From NCBI RefSeq assembly GCF_000007985.2, contig NC_002939.5:1290001-1322000 (forward strand): 32,000 nucleotides of DNA, given 5' to 3'. The DNA is from Geobacter sulfurreducens PCA (GTDB taxonomy: Bacteria; Desulfobacterota; Desulfuromonadia; Geobacterales; Geobacteraceae). Made by a program: the position numbers and the translations under genes. The notes under the pieces are model-generated. The model was not told where the DNA came from, did no database searches, and saw nothing but the letters and a program-made list of their open reading frames with translations. Shown here in pieces: positions 25,446 through 32,000 of this stretch. Every line of letters begins with the position of its first letter. The stretch's first letter is position 1.

Positions 25446-26762
25446 CTACCTGAATTCCTTCTTGCCCCCACCGCGGCCACCGCCACCACCGCCTCCCGGC
25501 ATTCTCATTTCGCCGCCCCCTCTGCCGCCGCCGGATGGTGCCCGCTGGCCGCTCCAGCCCCCTCTGCCGCCCCCCTGGGGCGCCGGTGTGACGCTCCGGA
25601 TGCTGGACTCGCCGCGTTTGATGGCCCGGCGCTCAAACGATCCTTCGCCCACGCCCTGGAAGGGGGTATCGCGTCTTGCCGGTTTCTGCACCTGCTCGCG
25701 CTGGGGTGGTTGCGCCTGTGGCGCGACCGTGCTGTCCCGCCGCGGGACCTGGCCGGGGCCCTTCCCCGTCTGCGGCGCGCCCGGCACGTCACGTCGCTCA
25801 CGAGCCGGCTGCTGCTGCCTGCTCTCCGGCCTGCCCGGGAATTTGCCGGGGTAGCCGCGCGTTTCCGGCCTGACCGGTGCCATCCGGGGCGGCCGCTTGC
25901 CGTAGAAATCACTCGTTTTCCTGTCCCGATAGGCCACGCCCCGCCGGTGAACGGGGTTGTGCTGCCAGACGTGGCTGCCCACATCCCGTCGATAGTAGTG
26001 CTGATGAAACCTTCTCGTCTTGCCGATGTTCACATAGACGCGGTGAACGGGCCAGTCGAACCAGGCCCAGGCAAAGAGGTCGAAACCAATAAAAACCCGC
26101 GGACCGAAACCGATATAGCCGCCCGTGATGGCGAATCCCGGCGGATAGTACCAGTAGTAGGGCGGGTAGGCGGGATACCACCAGGGGCCGTACACGTACA
26201 ACGGATTGTAGACCGGCACATAGACGACGGTCGGGTCGGCCGGTTCGATCCGGATGATTTCCTTCTCGTGGATGACCTTCTGCTCGGCGGTTGTTTTGAG
26301 ATTTCCCTGTTCGTCAGCCTTTCGCCTCAGTTCCTGAATGGTGGCCGTAACATCGTCCTCCTGACTCAGGAAGGCATCGCCCAGCTTCCTCGTCTGGTCG
26401 AGCTTCTCGCTCATGGCGAAAAGGATATCCGGGAAATGGCAGAGCGACTTGACGCTGGGGTCCCAAGACTTTTCCTGGAGGGCTTTATCCAACTCTTCAC
26501 CCTTAAGGCCCATGTTTTGCCGCCGCCATCGCTCCGCATCCACCACTTCAAGCGGATAGGTGGAAGCCATCAGGATCTGGGCCGTCAATGAGTCGGGGTA
26601 GAGGGCAATCGGCGCAAGCATCTGGGTCAATTCCTCTTTGCTGAATGTAGTTGCCTGCTCGGGTGCGCTCTCTTCGTCCTGCGCAAGCAGGCCGGCCGGT
26701 ATCATGAGCATGACGATGATGATGCAGGCCAACCGCAGCGCTCTCGTGATTATCGATTTCAT
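25446..26762 (-). CDS. DUF3300 domain protein with long Pro/Arg/Gly-rich C-terminal tail (secreted, function unknown)
   Basis: ATG 26762 with GAGGAG 5 nt upstream gives a signal peptide MKSIITRALRLACIIIVMLMIPAGLLA, followed by LAPIALYPDSLTAQILMASTYPLEVV (DUF3300 core). The last ~190 aa are low complexity and end ...GGGRGGGEMRMPGGGGGGGRGGGKKEFR. Confidence 0.85.
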   Translation of the reverse strand: MKSIITRALRLACIIIVMLMIPAGLLAQDEESAPEQATTFSKEELTQMLAPIALYPDSLTAQILMASTYPLEVVDAERWRRQNMGLKGEELDKALQEKSWDPSVKSLCHFPDILFAMSEKLDQTRKLGDAFLSQEDDVTATIQELRRKADEQGNLKTTAEQKVIHEKEIIRIEPADPTVVYVPVYNPLYVYGPWWYPAYPPYYWYYPPGFAITGGYIGFGPRVFIGFDLFAWAWFDWPVHRVYVNIGKTRRFHQHYYRRDVGSHVWQHNPVHRRGVAYRDRKTSDFYGKRPPRMAPVRPETRGYPGKFPGRPESRQQQPARERRDVPGAPQTGKGPGQVPRRDSTVAPQAQPPQREQVQKPARRDTPFQGVGEGSFERRAIKRGESSIRSVTPAPQGGGRGGWSGQRAPSGGGRGGGEMRMPGGGGGGGRGGGKKEFR

Positions 26763-27069
26763 ACGATCTCCTCTGATACCTTCCGGTTCGTCACGACCCG
26801 GTCGGAAGGCTGCCAAGCTTCGATTGAATCTCCTAAAGTATAACGGCAATTTCTTACTGCGCATCCCTTGCCCGGCCATTTGGACAGCCGCGTGCGCACG
26901 GGCCTCCAGCGGCGGCATGGGGTGCGGTCCGGCAGCTTATCCGCCGCACGCACGCCGAAATCGGAATAAAGGATCTTGCATATTTCAGTGACGCGGGTAT
27001 GTTCATTGTCATTATCCCGTGGTTGAGCCATTCTCGGCCGCGGGAGACAGCTGTCGACCGGAGGCACGC

Positions 27070-28071
27070 ATGGAACCGAAAAACTGGACACCGGCAGAAC
27101 TCTTGCAACTTTCGAGTGGCTACTGGAACATCGGCGCGCTCCACGCCGCAGTGAGTCTCGATGTCTTTACTCCTCTTGCCGGTGGTGATCTCTCTGCCGA
27201 GGAACTTGCGGAACGGTTGGGCGCCGACGGCCGGGCTCTCGCCATGCTCCTTGATGCCCTGACCGCCATGGAGCTTGTGCACAAGCGGGCAGACCGCTAC
27301 GGGGCAGCGCCCGCCGCCTGTCGCTTTCTCTCGCAGGATTCGCCCGATTACCTGGGCCATATCATCAGGCATCACCATCACCTGGTGGCCGGGTGGGCGC
27401 GTCTGGACGATGCGGTGCGCAGCGGCGGGCCGGTTCGGCAAAGCTCGTCCCACGGCAGCGACGAATCAGCGCGGGAGAGCTTCCTGATGGGCATGTTCAA
27501 CCTGGCCATGCTGTCGGCTCCGCGGGTGGTGCCCCGGATCGATCTTTCAGGACGGCAACGGCTCCTGGACCTGGGGGGCGGCCCCGGCACCTGGGCCATC
27601 CAGTTCTGTCTCCACAACCCCGGGCTTCGGGCCGTGGTCTACGACCTTCCCACCACCCGCCCCTTTGCCGAGCGGACCATAGCCCGCTTCGGTCTGGCAG
27701 ATCGGGTTTCCTTCGAGGAGGGGAATTTTCTCTCCGGGGAAATCCCGGGGAGGTACGATGTGGCCTGGCTCTCCCAGATTCTTCATTCCGAGGGGCCCGA
27801 AGGGTGCGCCGTCGTTATTGAAAAGGCGGTGACAGCCCTCGAACCGGGAGGCATCATCATGGTGCAGGAGTTTATCCTGAACGATGCCAAGGACGGTCCG
27901 CTCTTTCCGGCCCTCTTTTCACTGAACATGCTGGTGGGGACAGCGCGGGGGCAGGCCTATACCGAAGGTGAGCTGAAGGCCATGATGGCGGCAGCCGGCG
28001 TGCGCGACCTGCGACGCATTCCCCTGGATATCCCCAACGGCGCTGGCGTCATTGCCGGGACCGTTGCCTGA
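27070..28071 (+). CDS. class I SAM-dependent O-methyltransferase (family 2 architecture: N-terminal winged-helix/dimerisation domain plus MTase)
   Basis: ATG 27070 with GGAGG 5 nt upstream. SAM motif I is LLDLGGGPGTWA, followed by an acidic VYDLP loop. 333 aa. Confidence 0.85.
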   Translation: MEPKNWTPAELLQLSSGYWNIGALHAAVSLDVFTPLAGGDLSAEELAERLGADGRALAMLLDALTAMELVHKRADRYGAAPAACRFLSQDSPDYLGHIIRHHHHLVAGWARLDDAVRSGGPVRQSSSHGSDESARESFLMGMFNLAMLSAPRVVPRIDLSGRQRLLDLGGGPGTWAIQFCLHNPGLRAVVYDLPTTRPFAERTIARFGLADRVSFEEGNFLSGEIPGRYDVAWLSQILHSEGPEGCAVVIEKAVTALEPGGIIMVQEFILNDAKDGPLFPALFSLNMLVGTARGQAYTEGELKAMMAAAGVRDLRRIPLDIPNGAGVIAGTVA

Positions 28072-28085
28072 GGTGTCATCCCTTC

Positions 28086-29807
28086 ATGAACAACGGCACG
28101 CCTGAGCATACCGGGCAACGGCCCGAGCAGTGGCTCATGGGCGAGGCCCGGCAGGTGCGGGGACCTCTCCTGGTTGCGATAGGTTGTGCCTTTGCGGCCG
28201 GGCTGCTGGTCATCCTCCAGGCCCGGCTCCTGGCGTCGGCCTGCCATCGGGTGGTTATCGGTGGAGCCGGAGGAGAGTCGGTGCTCCCTCTCGCGACTGC
28301 CGTTGCCGCCGTGGCCCTCGGACGGGGCGTGCTGGCCCTTGTGTCCGAACGGCGCTCCGCCGCGGCTGCGGCGCGCCTCAAGGAACGGGTGCGCAGCGCT
28401 CTCTACCGGCGGCTCCTGGCCCTGGGACCGGCCGGCAGGGCAGGGGAGGAGACCGGCCCTCTGGTGGAAGCGGTGACGGCGGGCGTGGAAGGGCTCGAAC
28501 CCTACGTGGCCCGCTTTCTGCCCCATCTGGCCCTGGCGGCGCTCCTGCCGGCGGCGGTCCTGTTCGTCGTGGTCCCGGCCGAGTGGCGCGCCGGCCTCGT
28601 CCTTCTTTTTTCCGCCCCGTTCATTCCCCTGTTCATGGTCCTCATCGGCCGGGGATCCGAAAGCCTCAACCGGCGCCAGTGGGGCCGGCTTTCCCGGCTG
28701 GCGGGACACCTCCTCGACCTGGTGCAGGGTCTGCCGGACCTGAAGCTGTTCGGAGCGGTCAAGCGCGAGGCCGAGGCCGTGGCGCGGGTTTCTGAGGAGT
28801 ATCGCCAGGCGACCATGGCGGTGCTCCGGATTGCCTTCCTTTCGGCCTTTACCCTGGAGTTTTTCGCCACCGTCGGCACAGCGGTGGTGGCCGTAGTGGT
28901 GGGCTTTCGGCTTCTGTCCGGGAGCCTGGGGCTCGTCGATGGCCTCTTCGTGCTGCTCCTGGCGCCGGAATTCTACCTGCCGCTCCGGACGCTGGGGCTC
29001 TCCTACCATGCCCGGATGCAGGGGGTGGCCGCCGCCGAGCGGCTCACCCCCCTCATGTCCCTTCCCTTGCCCCATGGCGGGATGGACGGGCTGCCCATCC
29101 CGCCGGGAGCGCCGGCCATCCGGTTCGAAGGGGTCAGCTTCCGCTATGGCGGCGAACGGGGCGGGGTCGAGGGGATCGACCTGGAACTGCCGGCCGGCAG
29201 CATCACGGCGCTTGCGGGAAGGAGCGGCGCAGGCAAGACGACGCTGGTTCGGCTTCTGGTGGGGTTGGCCCGGCCGGTGCAGGGGAGGATTACGGTCAAC
29301 GGGATCGACCTGGGCCTCGTACAGCCGGACGCCTGGCGGTCGACCATTGCCTGGGTGCCCCAACGTCCCTTTTTCTTCAGGGCGACCATTCGGGAGAACC
29401 TTCTGCTCGGCCGGCCGGATGCCTCCGATGACGATATCCGTGCCGCCCTTGATGCGGCGACGGCAACGCCTTTCATCCAACGGCTGCCCCAAGGGCTTGA
29501 AACCTTGCTGGGCGATCGAGGAGCGGGGCTGTCCGGGGGCGAGCTGCGGCGGCTGGCCCTGGCGCGGGCGTTTGTGCGCCGGGCGACACTCGTGGTCCTG
29601 GATGAGCCGACCGCCGGTCTCGACCCCGAAAACGAACGCCTGGTGGGCGATGCCCTGGACCGGATCGCCGCGGGAAGGACGGTACTGGTGATTTCCCACC
29701 GCGAGGAGACCATCCGCCGGGCCGGGCGGGTGGCAGTGCTCGCGGGAGGCACCATCGAAGGAATCATGGGGGCCGAAGCGTTCCTGGCACAGGAGGGCCC
29801 GGCATGA
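28086..29807 (+). CDS. cydD: thiol reductant ABC exporter subunit CydD (fused TMD-NBD)
   Basis: 573 aa with six TM helices, then Walker A GRSGAGKTT, signature LSGGELRR and Walker B LVVLDEPT. Paired with cydC by an ATGA overlap. Confidence 0.9.
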   Translation: MNNGTPEHTGQRPEQWLMGEARQVRGPLLVAIGCAFAAGLLVILQARLLASACHRVVIGGAGGESVLPLATAVAAVALGRGVLALVSERRSAAAAARLKERVRSALYRRLLALGPAGRAGEETGPLVEAVTAGVEGLEPYVARFLPHLALAALLPAAVLFVVVPAEWRAGLVLLFSAPFIPLFMVLIGRGSESLNRRQWGRLSRLAGHLLDLVQGLPDLKLFGAVKREAEAVARVSEEYRQATMAVLRIAFLSAFTLEFFATVGTAVVAVVVGFRLLSGSLGLVDGLFVLLLAPEFYLPLRTLGLSYHARMQGVAAAERLTPLMSLPLPHGGMDGLPIPPGAPAIRFEGVSFRYGGERGGVEGIDLELPAGSITALAGRSGAGKTTLVRLLVGLARPVQGRITVNGIDLGLVQPDAWRSTIAWVPQRPFFFRATIRENLLLGRPDASDDDIRAALDAATATPFIQRLPQGLETLLGDRGAGLSGGELRRLALARAFVRRATLVVLDEPTAGLDPENERLVGDALDRIAAGRTVLVISHREETIRRAGRVAVLAGGTIEGIMGAEAFLAQEGPA

Positions 29808-31450
29808 GAGAGCTCTTCCGTATCCTCGCCGTGGCCCGCGGACAGTGGTCATGGATGGCGGCCGGCATGCTCCTCGCCGTGGCCGTTATCGCTGCCAACG
29901 CCCTTCTCATGGCAGTTTCCGGCTGGTTCATCGCCTCCATGGCCGTTGCCGGCACCACGGGCGCCGCCTTCAACTACTTTTTCCCCTCGGCCGCCATCCG
30001 CGGGCTCGCCATCCTGCGGACCGTGGGGCGCTACCTGGAGCGCCTGGTGACCCACGAGGCCGGCTTCCGGGTCCTTGCCCTCCTGCGCGTCTGGCTCTTC
30101 CGGCGGCTTGAGCCCCTGGCGCCGGCAACGCTGGAGCGGTTGGGCGGGGGAGACGTGGCCGGGAGGCTCCGGTCGGACGTGGATGCCCTGGAAAGTCTCT
30201 ATCTGCGGATCATGCTCCCTCTCGCCGCCGGTGGGGGGGCTATCCTGGCTGCAACGGCTTTTGTTGCCCTCTGGAGCACCTCTGCCGCCGGAGTTCTTTT
30301 TCTCGCACTGCTGGCCGCCGGGGTGGGCCTGCCCCTGGTGGCGCGCCGATTGGCGGAGCAGCCCGGCCGCCGTTCCGCCGAACTGGCCGGCAGCCTGCGG
30401 GAAGCCGTGACCGAAGGGCTTCAGGGCGGCGAGGAGCTGATCCTGCTGGGGGCGGTCGAGCGTCAGGCGTCGCTGGTTGATGATCTTTCGCGACGGCTGG
30501 TGGCGGAGCAGGAGCGTCTGGCGGCAGGAGGAGGCGTCACCCTGGCGGGTGGGATTGTCTGCGGCGGGGTCGGGGTGGCCGCAGTCCTTGCGATTGCATC
30601 CTTTCAGGTTGCCGCCGGGGAACTCGGCGGACCGCTGCTGGTGATGCTGCTACTCTTTGCCGCGGCTGCCTTCGAGGCTGCCGGCGGAATGCCCGCTGCG
30701 CTCCAGCACCTGCCAGCCGCCCGGGAGTCGGCGCGAAGAATTCTCGAACTGGCCGATTCACCGCCGCCGGTGCCGGAACCCGCTACGCCGGTGCCTCTCC
30801 CGGCCACCACGGAGATCGTCTTCCGCAACGTCTCGTTCTCCCATGACCCCTCTCTGCCGGTACTCCGGGACGTTAACCTGACCGTGCCCGCCGGGGGACG
30901 GGTAGCGCTCATGGGCCCCAGCGGCTCGGGCAAGAGTACCGTGGCCGACATCCTCCTTCGCTTCCGCGATTACGGGGGAAGCGTCACCCTGGGGGGCATC
31001 GAACTCCGTGACCTGGGAGGGGAGGCTATTCGCGGGCTGATCGCTGTGGTTCCCCAACAGCCCCACCTCTTCAACGGCACCATCAGAGAGAATATCCTTC
31101 TGGGCAACCCGGCGGCCGAAGAGGAGCAGGTGCGTCGGGCTGTCCGGGATGCTGCCCTTGCCGAGTGGGTCGACGGATTGCCCCTGGGTCTGGATACCCC
31201 GGTGGGTGAGGGGGGGAGTGCCGTGTCGGGAGGAGAGGCCCGCCGGATCGCCCTGGCCCGGGCCCTGTTGAAGGATGCACCGGTTTTTCTGCTGGACGAG
31301 CCCACCGAGGGGCTCGACTTCGCCACCGAACAACGGGTGATTGCAGCGCTGGCGAATCGGACCGAGGGGAAGACCGTGCTGATCATTTCCCACCGTCCAG
31401 CTTGTGGTGACATGGCTGAACAGGTGCACTATTTTGTTAAAGTTCCCTGA
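29804..31450 (+). CDS. cydC: thiol reductant ABC exporter subunit CydC (fused TMD-NBD)
   Basis: 548 aa with Walker A GPSGSGKST, signature VSGGEARR and Walker B VFLLDEPT. The start overlaps the cydD stop. Confidence 0.9.
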   Translation: MRELFRILAVARGQWSWMAAGMLLAVAVIAANALLMAVSGWFIASMAVAGTTGAAFNYFFPSAAIRGLAILRTVGRYLERLVTHEAGFRVLALLRVWLFRRLEPLAPATLERLGGGDVAGRLRSDVDALESLYLRIMLPLAAGGGAILAATAFVALWSTSAAGVLFLALLAAGVGLPLVARRLAEQPGRRSAELAGSLREAVTEGLQGGEELILLGAVERQASLVDDLSRRLVAEQERLAAGGGVTLAGGIVCGGVGVAAVLAIASFQVAAGELGGPLLVMLLLFAAAAFEAAGGMPAALQHLPAARESARRILELADSPPPVPEPATPVPLPATTEIVFRNVSFSHDPSLPVLRDVNLTVPAGGRVALMGPSGSGKSTVADILLRFRDYGGSVTLGGIELRDLGGEAIRGLIAVVPQQPHLFNGTIRENILLGNPAAEEEQVRRAVRDAALAEWVDGLPLGLDTPVGEGGSAVSGGEARRIALARALLKDAPVFLLDEPTEGLDFATEQRVIAALANRTEGKTVLIISHRPACGDMAEQVHYFVKVP

Positions 31451-31509
31451 GGTTATGCCGATGAATCAGATAAAGTACTGATGCATGATCGTCCAGGGAG
31501 CCAATCTAC

Positions 31510-31677
31510 GTGGAAGAGCCAGTCTACCGTTTCTCCTTTCTTTCAGTGGCCCAGGTCCATTCGTTTGCCATGGATCAGCCGGTCTCCATCGTTCTGGGCC
31601 CCGACAACATGTACTGGGTCGTTCCCGACGCCATGGTGGGCGAACTCCACCGGCGGGGCTTTCAGTTCTTTCGTTGA
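31510..31677 (+). CDS. candidate 55-aa ORF between cydC and yacG (very tentative)
   Basis: GTG 31510 has AGGGAG 9 nt upstream and encodes (M)EEPVYRFSFLSVAQVHSFAMDQPVSIVLGPDNMYWVVPDAMVGELHRRGFQFFR. By hand count GC3 is about 73%, against about 65% for the overlapping minus-strand frame. I do not recognise the family. Confidence 0.2.
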   Translation: MEEPVYRFSFLSVAQVHSFAMDQPVSIVLGPDNMYWVVPDAMVGELHRRGFQFFR

Positions 31678-31800
31678 TCCCACTTTGACATTGACTGGAA
31701 ACGCGAGATGGCGGTAGTATTCCGTGCTTGGGATCTGACCGACCGATACCGCACGTCCCCGGGATGCGCCTGCTCCTGGGGGTTTTTGTTTCACCGCGAG

Positions 31801-31986
31801 ATGCCGATGATTACCACGCTGACATGCCCCCGCTGTCGAGCCGAAACCGTCTGGGAGGGGAATCCCCACCGGCCGTTCTGCTCGGCACGCTGCAAGACCG
31901 TTGATCTGGCCGCCTGGGCCGACGAGGAGTATCGCATCGCCGGTCCCGAAGCCCCTTCCGACAACGACGAAAACGACCGAGAGTAA
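31801..31986 (+). CDS. yacG: DNA gyrase inhibitor YacG (zinc finger)
   Basis: MPMITTLTCPRCRAETVWEGNPHRPFCSARCKTVDLAAWADEEYRI plus an acidic tail, i.e. the CxxC...FCSxRC...DLxxW pattern of YacG. The start is ATG 31801 or 31807. Confidence 0.8.
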   Translation: MPMITTLTCPRCRAETVWEGNPHRPFCSARCKTVDLAAWADEEYRIAGPEAPSDNDENDRE

Positions 31987-31996
31987 GGAGCACTTC

Positions 31997-32000
31997 ATGT
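31997..32000 (+). CDS. start of an unidentified downstream gene (only 4 nt in window)
   Basis: AAGGAG (31985-31990), a 6-nt spacer, then ATG at 31997. The product cannot be determined. Confidence 0.3.

Noticed and set aside
26880-26896. TTGGACAGCCGCGTGCG has the GG-N10-GC spacing of a sigma54 -24/-12 promoter. Weaker look-alikes occur at 3511-3527, 3649-3667 and 18103-18118.
   Set aside because: Flanking consensus positions are poor (TGGaca, gTGCg) and the site is about 175 nt from the nearest start codon. The other sites have wrong spacing or lack the GC. None is supportable without enhancer-binding-protein context.
31543-31998. 151-aa minus-strand ORF.
   Set aside because: Its N-terminal two thirds are antisense to the clearly recognisable yacG gene. 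Only the C-terminal ~45-85 codons could be real, and no plausible start or SD was found (discussed as a low-interest finding).

Overview
High-GC, densely packed bacterial chromosome segment whose gene content looks Geobacter/Desulfuromonadales-like; that assignment is inferred from protein families, not searched. I support about 35 protein genes, mostly housekeeping: malQ tail, metY, acpH, a rhomboid protease, htpX-selU, a PilZ protein, class II FBP aldolase, a LysE exporter, trmL, serA, a thermonuclease, an S1-domain protein, greB, mannose-1-P guanylyltransferase, two K+/H+ antiporters, cydDC and yacG. I found no rRNA, tRNA, CRISPR array, transposase, integrase or recognisable defence genes, so this reads as core genome rather than an accessory island. 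Many long ORFs in the supplied track are antisense shadows of real genes, and about a dozen track ORFs carry spurious N-terminal extensions, which I re-set using SD motifs and homolog N-termini. The items worth a second look are all missing from the >=60 aa ORF track:
1. An IscA/HesB-family selenoprotein gene (21245-21532) with an in-frame TGA and downstream SECIS-like hairpins.
2. That gene's position inside a tightly coupled five-gene cluster: CPA2 antiporter, flavodoxin-like, HD, Sec-HesB, TRIC channel. This may be a redox-linked cation efflux module.
3. A rhomboid protease gene split from its N-terminal zinc ribbon by a 1-nt frame change at a C-tract.
4. Several unannotated small ORFs and hairpins in the unusually long 2290-2699 and 3189-3776 gaps.
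5. A secreted DUF3300/DUF2950 pair of unknown function.
All family assignments rest on my recognition of translated motifs. No database search was run.
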